A DNA stretch of 64,000 nucleotides from Callorhinchus milii (Eukaryota): the NCBI RefSeq assembly GCF_018977255.1, contig NW_024704743.1, positions 36,768,001-36,832,000 of the forward strand, read 5' to 3'. Shown here in pieces: positions 1-13,557 of this stretch (position 1 is the first letter of the stretch; every line of letters starts with the position of its first letter). The notes beneath the pieces are model-generated. The model was not told where the DNA came from, did no database searches, and saw only the letters and a list, made by a program, of their open reading frames with translations. The position numbers were made by a program, and so were the translations under genes.

Positions 1-35
1 ATTTTCTTCTTATTCAATAAAAAGACCTTCCCTAT

Positions 36-437
36 CAACAACAACAACAAATTACATTTGTGTAGTGCCTTTCATGTCAGGAGGCCTTTCCCAAGGCGCT
101 GGACAGTCTGGGATTTGGACCCAAGATGGAGGTTGGGATCATGGGGTGGAGGGCAGGGGGTTAGGGGAAGGACGGTTGCCAAAGACGTGATCGAAAAAGA
201 GGGTCTTGAGATGTGCCTTGAAAGAGACAAGCGAGGCAGAGGGGACTGTGGGATGGAGTTCCAAGGTGGGGGCAGGGAAGCTGAAGACCCGACCGCCGAT
301 GGTGGGACGGACTGGGCGGGGGACATGGAGCAGGCTGGAGCCTGCTGAGCTGAGGGAGCGGACAGGCTGATACGGAAGTTAGCAGGTCACAGAAGTAGAA
401 AGGAGCAAGGCCGTGGAGGGCTTTAAAGGTGAGGACA
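36..437 (-). mobile_element. L2-clade LINE 3' end
   Basis: (CAA)n tail at 36-50, 3' stem-loop agcgccttggg...tgaaaggcact, and ORF2 C-terminus (..PPPWNSIPQS..) on the minus strand. Confidence 0.85.
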
Positions 438-851
438 ATCCCCCAAATACAACAACAGGATTACATTTGATAGCGCCTTTCACGTCGAGAGAACGTCCCA
501 AGGCACTGGACAGTGTAAATAGAATTGGTCTTTCACTTTGTGGCTATTTGTGGGACATTGATGTGTGCAAATATAGCTTTTAAGATACACTACTTTATAG
601 TATGTCATGTGAAGCCCTTTGAGATGACTTCCCAGCATGAAATGCACTCTTATCAAATGTAAGGATTTTTTTATTGTTATTTTCAACACAATTGAATACA
701 TTGACTCAATTGATTCAATCTGATATACGGTTGCATTTGTGCTGGAAATTAACAGGACATTCAGCATTGTGTTCACTACTGATTACTACCAAGTGACTAA
801 TTCTGGAAAGCACATGCATGTTGGATATTAAGTGAAGACAGGATTGAACTT

Positions 852-952
852 AAACAGAGAGAGCTGGGAAAACTCAGCAAATCAGGCAGCATCTATGGAG
901 AAAGGAAAGTGAGTCAACACTTCAGCTCCACGACCCTTTGCCAGAACTGGGA
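852..952 (-). mobile_element. Penelope-like pseudo-LTR, inverted, with degenerate hammerhead-like core
   Basis: Reverse strand ccagttCTGGCAAagggtcgtggagctGAAGtgttgactc...ctccatagatgctgcctgatttgctgagttttcccagc resembles the cartilaginous-fish PLE terminal repeat as I recall it; abuts a PLE ORF fragment. Confidence 0.6.
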
Positions 953-999
953 CATGTTGAGAGGGAGAGGCTTTTAAGGTCCACGCTGGACGTGCAAAA

Positions 1000-1585
1000 C
1001 TCACCAACTCCCATAGACCACACCTCCTCCCACCCCACCTCCTGTAAAGGCTCCATTCCCATTTCCCAGTTCCTCCGCCTCTGCCACATCTGCTCTAACA
1101 ATGCCCCCTCTCACACCAGAGCAACTGAAATGTCCTCCTTTATCTTTGACCAAGGATTCCCATCCACTGTGGTAGGCAGGGTCCTTGACCATGTCCGCCC
1201 TATTTCCCGCACCTCTGCCCTCACCCCTTTCCCCTCTTCCCAGAACCCTAATAGCATTCCCCTAGTCCTCACCTTCCACCCCACCAGCCTCAACAACCAA
1301 CAATTAATTCTCCGCCATTTCCGGCACCTCCAGCGTGATCCAACCACCAAACATAACTTTCCCTCCCCGCCCTTTTCAGCATTCCAAAGGGACCGTGAAT
1401 CCCTGGTTCATTCCTCCATCACCACCAACAGTTGCACTGCTCCAACCAGCACCTTCCTATGCCAGCTCAGGAGATGCAATACCTGCCCTTTCTCCTCCTC
1501 CAATACCACTGTCTAGGGCCCCAAACACAGTTTTCAAGTGAGACAGCGATTTACGTGCACTACCACCAAAGTAGTATACTGTCTT
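1000..1585 (+). mobile_element. Penelope-like element (Neptune-type) ORF fragment: RT thumb, Cys linker, start of GIY-YIG
   Basis: DHTSSHP..CKGSIPISQFLRLCHICS, IPLVLTFHP, C..RCNTC linker, then (frameshift) QRFTCTTTKVVYCL; truncated. Confidence 0.85.
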
Positions 1586-1599
1586 GTACAGAATACCAT

Positions 1600-1818
1600 C
1601 TTGTGCAGCGTTCCTCAGGGCTCTGTCCTTGGTACCCTCCTCTTCAATATCTGTCATCACTCCTATCCTTCTCTGCTGAAAACATTTCTTTTCGACTGCA
1701 TCTTTGGTCACCTTCCCACCCCTCCCCCTGGCTCGGTCCCAGGATCCTAAACTGTAAAGCACTCTGAGACGCCGTCCAGCGTGGAGGGCACTATATAAAT
1801 CCAAGTTGTTGTTGTTGT
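1600..1818 (+). mobile_element. Internally deleted L2 LINE piece
   Basis: VPQGSVLGTLLFNI joined almost directly to ..LLKTFLFD.. and a 3' tail ending (GTT)n. Confidence 0.7.
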
Positions 1819-1825
1819 ACTCCCT

Positions 1826-3340
1826 AACTATTACCCCATCTCCAACCACCCCTTCCTCTCCAAGGTCCTGGAACGAGTTGTTGCTTCTCAGGTTCACTCC
1901 TTCCTACTCCCGCCACTTCCTTCTCGAACCCCTCCAATCAGGTTTCCGTGCCGCCCACAGCACAGAAACAGCCCTGGTCAAAGTGATAAATGACATTCTG
2001 TCCAGCTGCGACCAGGGCTCCCTCTGCCTCCTCATCCTCCTTGACGTCTCTGCTGCTTTCCACATCATCGGCCACTCTATCCTCCTCCACTGCCTCTCTC
2101 ACCTCAACTTCCACAGCGCTGTCCTTGACTGGTTCAAATCGTACCCCTCACACCGCCTGCACTTCATCTCCTCAAACAGCTTCTCTAGCCCCCGGACTGT
2201 CTCGTGCGGCTTCCTCAGGGCTCTGTCCTTGGTTCCCTCCTCTTCAATACCTATATGCTCCCTCTTGGTGACATCATCCACAGACATGGGATCAACTTCT
2301 ACATGTATGCGGATGACACCCAACTCTACCTCTCCGCCTCCACCCTTGACTCCAGGACCACTGCTGTCCTGACAGAATGTCTGTCAGACATCAAGTCCTG
2401 GATGAGAGCTAATTTTCTACAGTTGAATGTCAACAAGACCGAGGCTCTCCTGATTGGCTCCTGTCAGCGCCTCCTCACCTCAGGCTGACAGCATCACCAT
2501 CTAAGGATGCACAGTCCACCTTACTAAGTCAGTCCGTAACCTTGGGGTCTTGTTTGACCCTCAACTATCCTTTCTACCCGCTCTGTCTTCCCCCACCTCC
2601 GCAACATCGCCCAGCTCCATCACTGTCTCACACCACAGGCCACCGAAACCCTCATACACTCCTTCATTACATTGAGGCTCGACTACGCAAACTCACTGCT
2701 TGTCGGCCTCCCCAATTCCTCCCTCCACAGGCTGCAGATCATCCAAAACTCTGCAGCCCGTGTCCTCTCCCGCATTTGGCTCCGCGACCCTATCACCCCA
2801 TCCTTGCCCAACTCCACTGGCTTCCCATCACACAGAGGATACAGTTCAACAACAACAACAAGATTATATTTGTATAGCGCCTTTCACGTCGGGAGGATAT
2901 CCCAAGGCGCTGAACAGTGCACAGCATTTCAGCAGTTCAAGATCCTGGTCCTCACCTTCAAAGCCCTCTATGGTCTTGCTCCCCCCCACTTATCCGATCT
3001 CCTAAACCCCAACCACCCTGTTCGCTCCCTCCGCTCAGCGGGCTCCGGCTTGCTTCACGTCCCCTGCCTTGCTCGCCCCACTATCGGACGGCTGGCTTTC
3101 CGCCACTCTGCACCCACCCTCTGGAACTCCATCCCGCAGTCCCTCCGTTTCACCCCCTCTCTTGCCACCTTCAAGACCCACCTCAAGACCCTCCTCTTTG
3201 ATCGTACTTTCGATCTCCCTGCTTCCCCCCTGCCTTTCTCCCTACCCCATCCCGACCCTCAATTTGGGTCCATAACTCTGTCTGTCCAGCGCCTTGGGAC
3301 GCCCTCACGACGTGAAAGGCGCTATACAAATGCAACTTCT
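1826..3340 (+). mobile_element. 5'-truncated, frameshifted L2-clade LINE (RT domain to 3' tail)
   Basis: QSGFRAAHSTETAL, LLDVSAAF, PQGSVLG, YADDTQLY, LQLNVNKTE, RLDYANSLL, APTLWNSIP motifs spread over several frames; 3' stem-loop at ~3287-3323. Confidence 0.95.
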
Positions 3341-3439
3341 GATTTTGTTTTAGTTTATGCCAGTGTTTAAATTCCACAGTCTCCACCCTTTCCTTACTCC
3401 CTCCCATATCCTTTTGTTCCCTTCTTCCTAATATGTCTA

Positions 3440-3640
3440 GCTTTCTCTTGCACCTATGATTCAACCACTGCTTCAGGAAATGAGCCCATATTCTCACTAC
3501 TTTCTTAAACGTATCTTCTCTAGCGAAAATGGCCTAACCTATCCAGTCTATCTTGATCGCAGTAATCTGCCAGCCTTATCAACCTAGTGAACCTAAGGGT
3601 ACTCTTTCCATCATTGCTATATCCTTGTTATAGAATGGCC
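3440..3640 (-). mobile_element. Old CR1-type LINE remnant
   Basis: Degenerate similarity to CR1 ORF2 3' region on the minus strand (recognised by eye). Confidence 0.45.
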
Positions 3641-4711
3641 ACGTGGGTGTGGAATCCAAGGGCTGCAGTATTTGCAGATATGATTACGCCACCGTGCACT
3701 TCACCAGGGCCATTGCGCTGAGTTGGGCTGCCACTTACAACAACAACAATAAGATTCCATTTATTGAGCGCCTTTCACGTCGGGAGGATGTCCCAAGGCG
3801 CTGGGACGTACAGTCAATATACAGTCAATTCACTTTACACTTAAACACCATATTGCACGTTGCCTCAGCTTGTGCCTTGCTCAAGCTTATATCGGCAGTC
3901 TGCTTTTTTGGTCAGTCTGTTTTAGCAAATTACACATGGATACATTCATTATGAATACCAGCCCATAATCATGGTCACTTGGAACCACATGTGGCTGCAC
4001 GGAGCTTGAATTTATTTTCTCCTCCTTGGCTCAAGGTAGAAGAGATGCTACGTTTCAGAATACAGCAAAGCTTCCCAAAAGCTTACAGGATAAATGCACT
4101 GCAATGTATGACACAAAGTCATGTAGACAGGTTTTCAAGGTTCATTTGCTGACTTGTGCTGAGTCAGCCGATCACACCCAACACAACAGTGTTTCAATAC
4201 AATTGGGAAAGGACAGGATCAGGCTTGTTATATTGCCCCTCCTTTCCACCCAAAGTCAAATAACTTGCCAATACTAACGATTCCAGTTTACAGATACTGA
4301 CTGGCCATCGGGGTGAGGTACTGGAGAGCTGCCAATGTTTGTGAACCTGCCAATATAAGTAATTTCTTTCAGGAAAGGAGAGGAGAAAATATGTTTACAT
4401 GAGAACAGATGAGTTTCTTGCTTCTAATGAAAAAAACAGGCTCAATCCAATAGCCTTCTGACTTATGAAGATTCATATATGAAGAATGGCTGCTTGGATG
4501 GCATTTCAGAGAGTCCCATGCAGCCTTTTCCAAGTGACTATTCAACATCTGTAAGCTTGAATCATGATGATAGGCCAGCAGGGTGGGGATTCTGAAAGGA
4601 TGAGATTAAATGGGTTAAAAGGTCTTCTTCATCCGAGACTCTCAACAACAACAACAAAAATCTGAAATACTAAATATGTAAGTATAGATAGTTGCAAACA
4701 ATCACGTTAAA

Positions 4712-5505
4712 GCGATGTCCTCTCTATCTGTGACTAGGGCTCCCTCTGCCTCCTCGTCCTCCTGGACCTCTCCGCTGCGTTCGACACAATCGATCAGGCC
4801 ATCCTCCTTCACCGCCTCTCCTCCATCATCTATGAGTGGGACCGCACTCGCTTGGTTCGAGTCCTACTTACAAACCGCCAGCACTACATTTCCGCAAACG
4901 TTTTTTTTCTCTTGCCCCCGCCCAGTCACCTGCTCCATCCTTCTCCCCCTTCCTCATCTATATGCTCTCACTCGGTGATGTCATACGTAGACACGGTTTA
5001 ACCTCCACATGTATGTGGATGACACTCAACTCTACTTCTCCTCATCCAGCTGCGACGCCCAGTCCTCTGATGTTCTGTCAGCTTCTCTAACAGACATCAA
5101 GGCCTGGATGAGCGCAGATTTCTTACAGTTAAATGTCAGCAAGACGGAAGCCATACTCTTTGACTCCCATCGACGTTTTCTATCCCGAGATTCCAACCAC
5201 GTCAACCTATCCGATCTGTCCTTAAAATTCTTTGAACCCACGTGTAACTTAGGTGTCAGGTTCGATCACCAGTTATCCTTCCTCCCCCACATTGGGTCCC
5301 TGAACAGGATCACTTTGCTCCACCTCCGCCACATTGCCCGTCTCGAACAATACTTACTCGACAAGCTGCCGAAACCCTTGTCCACGCTTTTATCACCTCT
5401 CGGCTGGACTACTATAACGCTCTCCTCGCCATCGGGCTCCACCATTGTTAAGCGTCTGGAACAATGCCCGGGGTGGAGGGCGCTATATAAATGCGAGTTG
5501 TTGTC
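4712..5505 (+). mobile_element. Decayed L2-clade LINE
   Basis: LLDLSAAFDT, YVDDTQLY, LQLNVSKTEAI, NLGVRFD motifs; 3' tail ..cgctatataaatgcgagttgttgt. Confidence 0.92.
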
Positions 5506-8500
5506 ATTGTTAAAGATCAAAACTCAGTATTAGAAACAAAATTTTAAAATGTTGCTACTTTGAATGCCCTTTATTCAGAGATAAAATGTGCTTTCAACAA
5601 CAACAAATTGAATTTATATAGCAACCTCAATGCAGTATAGCGTCTCTGCGTGCTGAGAATATCATGGGGCTAGAGTTTTCTTGCAAACGCTGTTTGGACA
5701 AATCTCTCTTGTGAGATTACATGAAATGTAACCTGATACCAATGTCCTGGCTACATTTTCTCGAGGTGGTGAGAAACTTCAGTGTTGGAGCCACAGCAAA
5801 CACAAGACATGATTTCTCCCAGCTCTGTAGGCACTTTGCAGATAACAGTTTGTTGCTACTTGCTTCTGTCTGTACTGCATTACTGACAATGGATCCTTTG
5901 TGAGCTGTTTCTGAAACTCCATAACCATTAAGTAGAATATGGGCCTCTCCTTCAGGAATAATAATCTAGTCCAGCACTAAAAATACCCACTGATATGTGT
6001 GAGTATCTGTGCTCGTAGGAATCTGCATGTGACACTCTAGACTATGTTGTGTTGCTGATTGATCACATTTAACTCTTTGAGGATTATAACCACATCTTTT
6101 GCACATGTCGTCCAAGCGTTTCTTCTTTGCTTCTAGCAGCTATGATTGAGTGAATGATTGAGGAGAGAACATNAAAGTGGGGGGGATGGGTGATGGAGAT
6201 GGAATATAGAATCTACAAAGCACTCCAGTAGCAACACACTGTCTGGCCAATGGAAAAAGTGCCTACAATGTAAGCTCTTATCTGGGAAATGTCCTGTCCG
6301 GTACAAAATGTCACTGGACTTCGGCAAGGATTCAAGTTCTCATTGGACATGAAGTCTCATGAGATCGCATACCAGGGATTGCCTGGAGAGAAAACTGTTT
6401 ATGCCGCAGTCACTTTTTCCAGCGGTCGTGCAGCGCCAAAACTGCCGTGGCACTGCTGAGATGCCAATGTGCAGTTAATTATTTAGTCAAAAGTTCTAAG
6501 TTCAGTAAATAACCAGGACAAAAAAAGACTCTGTGTAACTCAATTCATTAACATTATGATGTTGCTTGCCACCCTGCACAGCTGCAATGAAGATACAATC
6601 TGGAGTATTCCAGGGAGCAGAACATTACCCTTGGATTGAATACAAAAAACAACTTCATTCATGAATGCATTCCTTTGTTATACTGTATTTTCATTTTTGC
6701 TAGCTGGTTGCTAGTTCTTCTGTTTGTATCAGAGAAGCTAACAGGCAGCGTGTCTTCCATTCAACAGGTGACTAATGGATAGAAATTGGTTATGCATGTA
6801 TTTCTATTATTTTATTATGATGCATGTATTTCTGAAACTGCTAATCAAATGTGTCCAGGATATTCAAGAATGCTTTGAAAGTCCCTCCCTCATTCTGCAC
6901 AATATTTCAAATGCAAGGATTATTATGTTCAAGATTATTAGTACGTGGAAACATGCAGCAAGTGATAATATTAGCCACGATCAAATAAAAACAATAATTT
7001 ACATTAATATAAGGCCTTTCACATCAGACATCTTGCAGTGCATCACAGAGAGGAAGTTCGAGAATGCCTTAGTCTCTATCCCTCCCTTGCTTCCTTCAAG
7101 GCACGTCTCAAGATCCTCCACTTTAACCGAGCCTTCAGTCACCCTTCTACTCCTACTGTCTCTGCCCTCCACCACTCCTGCTCAGGTCCAAATCCTTGAC
7201 TGTCCAGCATCTTGGGACGTCCTCCAGATGTGAAAGGCGCTATACAAATGTAGTTTGTTGTTGGTTTTGTCTCAAAGTGCTTCACAGAGCTGACCTGGAA
7301 CCTGAGTTTGGGGTGGAGCGAGCTGAAAGTCGGGAAGGTGAGGAAGATGTCCCCCCCTCATTGGCTAAAGTTTTCATTCTGTTCAGCCATCCTACAGATC
7401 ATGACAATAATAGAGGTTCCTTCATATTGTTGTTATGTGCAGTATAATGAACACCGATAGAAGGTACAAGGCAATAGCACAATTGAAGCTCTCAAGTGAC
7501 ACTATGGTACTGGACTATTTATGGAATTTATTTTATTTTGAAGCTCGCTGTTGGGATACTTGGCACATCACTCCCTCCTCAAACATACACTTGAAGTCGC
7601 GGCACAGAACTTACATTCACTGCCATGCATTAATGAGAAAACAAGCGCTTGCCACGTGAAAGCTCTCTTCATACCTAATGAGTGGAACAGTCATAGCTCA
7701 CTAACCTTTCTTATCTCTTTAAAGCTGCATGTTGTACATGACAGGATCGATTGATTTTCGTTTCTGGCATTCACTCGGATTTTGAAGGTTGGACTGCTTG
7801 TGGAGCATCACATAAAAATGCATGAGTTTTAGAGACAGGTGTCAAATTATTTAGTCAGTGTTGTGTGAAGAAATTAAAAATCTAAAGGAACTGACAGAAA
7901 ATAGCTTCTGTATCGGGAGAGTGACATTACTTCTGGGGTTGTGGGAATTAGTGGAGCAAAGATTAAAAGGAACACAAATAGATAGTGCTCTTAAAGGACC
8001 TTTTCACTCATTCCTGCATATGAATCTGCATTAATATGGAACACTGTATAATGCAGTTAACCATAAACATACTGTAATCAAGTTAACCCAGCTATACTCA
8101 TTTGTGATTTACAGATGATGTGGATGGACAGACCTTGAAATAGCAAGTAGTTGGGGTAATGGTTACTACAAGTATACTCTTAGGTACGCATTATTTTCGA
8201 AGCTGCAGAAGATAACCAATAAACTGTTCCCCCAACGTACTAGCGACACATTGTAATACAGAAGGTGTTCCATACAATACAATAATCTGCTATTTCTCAC
8301 TGAATCACAAATGATGCCGAAATGAGGCTCAAAAAGAGTACAACTGCCTTAGGTTCATGAGAGTGAAGTAAACCCTAGTTGAGACCTCCATGAGGGGATG
8401 ACTTTACTAGGAAAGTGCTGTGCACCAATGCAGATTCACTCTCCACGATTACCCCTAAACAGTTCTTGGGCATTCCATTGAACTCCACTGGAGTAATTTT

Positions 8501-10289
8501 AATGTAGTTATGAAACTAGTTGCATTACTGGCTCCTTAATAACATTGCTTTTAAAATAAACATCTAACCAGCATTTGGTAGTGAGTTCATGTCCAGAGGT
8601 GGTCTCAGCTCCAACCATTGCAATTTTGGAGGGAGAAATATAAATATTCTCTTCTCCAATTCACTTTACGACTGAAAAAGATTGCAAATCACTTCCAGGA
8701 GTATACAATGGGCCATATGGCCGAAACCATTGCTGGAATTGTGTGTTGCATGTACTGCATATAGATTTTCTAAAAACAAAAGACAACTATAAAACTGAAT
8801 ACAACCAGATGAACTATATGCTGAAAATAGACATTGGGAGTTTTTTTTAAGATTAGGGAATACTGAAGTAAAAACAACATACGCAGAATGTAGAGCAGGT
8901 CAATGAAAAAATATACTAACATATGGGTGGGCTGGAAAAGGTCCTTTATAGGAGAGCAAGTGGAATTCAACCAGGAGAAGAGAGACATTGGTAAAATGTC
9001 TGAAAAAGAAAAGGTAAAACAACATTCACAAATAGACATGGACTGGATCATTAACAGGAAAGGATGTTAAAAGATGATTGATGTGTGAGACAGCTGTAAT
9101 AAAGCATGTAATTCTAGTGCAACCTAGGTTTTGTAAAAAAATACCTGGGGCTGAGGTGGGAACGTAGAGAAAACAATTAACATTTGAGGATGATTATTGT
9201 TCATGCCTGCAAAATGACAGGTGCCTCCAAAAGGAGATAACCTCCTGCAATGCACCGTATTAGCAGTGGGGAAGCTGAGGGTAGATTGGTCAGACTGGGA
9301 GATGTGGTTGACTTAATAATAATTCTTGCGTTTGATACAGTGCCTTATCACATCTTCGAGACGTCTTAAAGTGTTTCACAGAATATACTGTAAAGTGAAT
9401 TGTTTCCAGACAAACCTGGGATGTTTGACAAAGAATGAAATGTTGCTCCCACTTTTTAAAGGATCCATTATTTGGTGACCAATAGAATGAGCCAGACTGC
9501 AATTCTATGGTCTGGGTCTTGTTGCTAATGTTTTCCTCTCTGACTCATTCAGGGCACAATTCCAATGTTCTCTTTGATATCTCACCTGAAGACCTATTCA
9601 TGTCTGAGTCAAGGCAGTGACTGTCAACCGGTTGATTTGACTCTGGAGGGTATCTCAGCCAAGCTCAATCAGCTTTTCACCCAGCGCCATGGACTGCTGA
9701 TTTTATTTGCTTCTCACTGTCACTGAGACTAATAGGAGTGCCCTAGTTTTCACCCCACCCAAGATAATTTTGCTCGACACAAATCAGCAATTGAACCTGC
9801 AACTGTCTGGCGTGTGTGGCTTCATGCTGCGTTAGGTGATAGCTTTACCCGCTAGACTATCGTGGATGTGAATAGATTAAAATTGTAATGGGATGATGTG
9901 ATATTCCCAGAAACCCTGCTTCTGTGATTAAGCTTCTCACCAGTGCACGGAACGTTGAAGCTACAATATTGTGTTCATCATAATGAGGTCATTTTGAATT
10001 TAAAGATGATTGCACATAAACCTCTCTTTAGTGATTGATAAAATCAGTGAATCATTTTCTATTCACAGAGATGTAGAGTAATATTGGAATGAGTGCTTTA
10101 TCCAAAGCAATTTCTGTATGTCAATAGTTTCTTAATTGCAGTGGAACGGGGTTGATTTATTGAGGTTTTCTTGAAGATATATTGGATCGCTGATACTGGT
10201 GATGAAATTATTGTTTCTGGTTTTGAAACATTTGCTGACATTTTAAAATGTTCAGTGAAATTCAGGTAATGAAAATCCTTCCATTTGAT

Positions 10290-10730
10290 ACAGAAAATTT
10301 ATCACAATGTTTCTAAGTGCTTCACAGGAATTACTGTGTATTTCATAGATTGTGGCAGCCAATTTGCACACAGCAGTGTCCCACAAACGACCATGAAGTG
10401 AAAAAGAAATTTTATCTGGGGCATTGTTGGCTAAGATACCAAGAGTAACTTTTTTCTCTTTTCAAATAGTGTCATGAGATCTTTAACATCCACCTGAACA
10501 GGCAGTTGAGACCTTAGTTTTGCTTCTCATCCAAAGGACAGTAGTAGTAATAATATAATAATAATCCTTTCATCTGATATAGCCCCTTAGCATGTTGTCG
10601 GGACATCGGTATCTCCGACAATAGAGCACACCCCCAACACTGCATTGGAAAGTCAGCCTAGATTACATGACTTCAAAGTCCCAACATGGAATTTGAATAC
10701 ACAAACTTGTGACAATTGAGCTATGCTGGA
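10290..10730 (-). mobile_element. Old Deu-domain SINE (SacSINE1-like long form)
   Basis: Deu core gcagccaatttgcacacagcagtgtcccacaaac, plus cttttcaaatagtgtcatgagatctttaacatccacctgaacaggcag. Confidence 0.75.
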
Positions 10731-11665
10731 GGCCGTGTTATTAATAAGACAGTGATTAGCCTTATAGCCTCCCGCCCCCCACCGCATCACTGCCCTGGAG
10801 TATTAGCCTAGACGTCTGAGATAAAATATTAAATACAAACGATGCTTAACAGAGGACTTTTTTTAGTTAAATCTCTCCATGCCCGATAACCTATATTTAG
10901 GAGTCTGTTAATGAAGTAGCAGCACATCACAGAGTTCAGATAACATCAAAAGCTAATGCTTGGTTGGTTTGTCAAACCCTGAGGTGTAGTACAGTACTGC
11001 CTTCGATTAACACTAAACCTGTTCCTTATAAAGTCTATGAAAAGGTGAACATTTTTAATAACGTAGGAAGCCAATCCTGATCCTAATTACTTTTCCTTGG
11101 CTGTTACTAGTAAATATAAGTGTGTGTGTGTAAACCTTATGTAAGAACTTGATCAGACTCATGGTGATGGTCCAATAGCCTGCAAACACTCACTGTCTAG
11201 GCTCCCACATGAAGAATGTCCATTTGGTGAGGTACAGGGGGGCAATTGCTGCCTGTGGAACTGTTCCCCAGGAGGAGCCTACACTTTCAGGAGAAAACTT
11301 AGCAAAATTGGCAAATAAGTCATATGTTTTGCAATATGATGAGCTATTTTAAGATGTATTATACTGTCATTGTGGGTTCCAACCTTGTGCAATAAAAGTC
11401 TGGTTAGACTATGGTGTGAGAAAGGCTGAAACTGTGGTCTAGAGCAGCTTGCGTATCAATCAGTTTGTCTGTTTATCGTACAAATTTTATCAAGTAATTG
11501 ATAATAACAGCCAACGTGATCTCATCAGGTCTTGACTGGACTTGTCATATGAATAACGTTGTTTGTGAACAATTTGGTGTGTTGGGTAATACACCAGCAA
11601 TTCTTTCTTCAAGAAATATTTTTGCATTGAGTCAACACAGCTGACGACATCTGCCTTTTTCACAG

Positions 11666-11832
11666 GTCTTGTTGATTATGTCTGCAACTTGCTCATTGAA
11701 AGCACAGCCCTGTACTTTGAAACGGATGACAAAAACAGCACCAAAATGGCCAGCACTCTGCTGTTGTCTTTAATTGATATCCTGCACTGTATGCTGAAGC
11801 ACACGTCCAATATTGTCCGCATTGCTTTGCAG
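11666..11832 (+). CDS. ULK4: ULK4 internal coding exon (HEAT/ARM-like C-terminal region)
   Basis: tttttcacag|GTCTT...TTGCAG|gtaaga; 167 nt; translates (G)LVDYVCNLLIESTALYFETDDKNSTKMASTLLLSLIDILHCMLKHTSNIVRIALQ, matching my recall of mammalian ULK4 GLVSHICNLL...SLLDILHSML.YTSGIVRLALQ. Confidence 0.93.
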
Positions 11833-12986
11833 GTAAGAGAAGACCTGAAGTAGTAGGTTTCTTGGTATTATTGTCCCAGATCTAGTTTGTATTATTTTCC
11901 CCTTTAGTGATTCATTTTTCATCTTTTTTGGTACCTCAGTCAAGGGGTGGACAGACAACTGCTTCCACTTCACACCCAACAAGCTTATTGTAAAGGAAAT
12001 AGGTAAGAAATGGTCAATGTGTTTTAGACGTATTCGTACTATGCCTCCATCAAATCTTCTTTCTGTTCTGCTCAGTACTGTTGCTCAGCTCTGATCCTCT
12101 GTTACTATAATTAGGCAGCGAGATGTATTTATCATTGCAGTTTAATGTCAAGAAGCATTGCGTCCTCTGGTTGGGATTATACCTGCCACGCCATTCATTA
12201 ACGTTTCAATGCCATTAGTCAATCAAGAGAGCAAGGCAGAAAAAGAAGGCAAATGAGTTCATGAGCATTTTTTATATATGTCCTCCTTGAAGTTTTATTT
12301 GAATGAAACTATTCAGGTGTAAGTGAAAAGTAACATATGAAATTGACACGTAATTGGAGGTAAATGCTATGACGTGACGTCAAAATAAGTGCAGGATGTC
12401 AGGTTTTGAGGTGAAGTTCTGCCAGCGTTCAGAGGAACAAACAAAATCCACAAAATTGTATGGAAGAATGTAGGGAATCTGTGCTTTGTTCCACTTGAGC
12501 CAATTACAGTGCTTGCTATCCAATTCACCCTGAGATCATAAATCAGTGCCAAAGTACAAAGTGGGGGAGGGCAGGAGAAGTTGTGTGGCCCCAGTAATCA
12601 CACAACTGTAAGTGGTCTATTGCTGTCATTATCAGAGAATGTACTACTCTCACACATTCCTCAGCTAATATATTTCAGTTGTGCTGAGTGCTACTGTCAT
12701 GTCATAATTATATCTGTTAGTTTCCAGCCTAATGTTCAATCAGTGAACATGGAGGCTTGTCTCTTTGTATGAGAGCAATGGAACTCTTTTCTCATTCAAA
12801 ACTGCATTAATTTGTAATTGAGGTCATTGCATAACTAATAAACAGAAGTGCAGGCTGGAAGTGAATTTTTACTGAAGCACGTATCCAATGGGAATACGAT
12901 ATTTCTGTTTTATTAATTTAGTTTTAAAAATGCCAAAATACTTAAGCTGTCAGGTATGTTGACATTTCTTGCCCTGGTTATAATAT

Positions 12987-13292
12987 TAATAATAATCCTT
13001 GTATTTGGTATAGTGCTTTTCACGTCTTCTAGACGTCTCAAAGCACTTCACAGAATATGCTGTAAAGTGAATTGACTGTATTTGTTGGCGAAACGCGGCA
13101 GCCAATTGTGCCAGCAGTGTCCCACAAACAGTCTCAGATTAAAAATGACCAATTTATTATTGCTTTGTTTTGGAGGGATTATTATTAGCCGTGTGGAGTA
13201 AGGAAACTTGCCCAAGGTTTCACTCTGACTGGAATTGAACCCAGGTGTCTCGCTTGCAAGGCGAGTGCTCCAACCACTGAGCTACAGGACTG
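12987..13292 (-). mobile_element. tRNA-headed Deu-domain SINE, near full length
   Basis: Minus strand: gtcctgTAGCTCAGTGG...GGTTCAATTCC head, Deu core, L2-like tail, (ATT)n. Confidence 0.9.
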
Positions 13293-13557
13293 CAGGATTG
13301 GCAGCATTACTGCAGTGTAAGAGGCCAGCTGCAGCTGTGATGCCCATTTGCTACTCTGTTGACTAGATGTACAATAGTGCTGTGCGAAAGCGTACGCAAA
13401 GAATGTCCCAAGTGCTGCTGCAATCTCGAATTGGCAATAATATACTGTAGATCAGTGCCAACAATGGATAACATTCCCTCACTTCAGTGCAGGACACAGA
13501 GTATATGATGCACTGAAGTTTCAAAGATACTATTGCATGCCAGTCCCTATTCACAAA

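Noticed and set aside
6173..6173. Single N
   Set aside because: Assembly ambiguity or gap marker, not biology
1..11665. Further upstream ULK4 exons
   Set aside because: No segment translating to the expected preceding ULK4 sequence was found; probably outside the window
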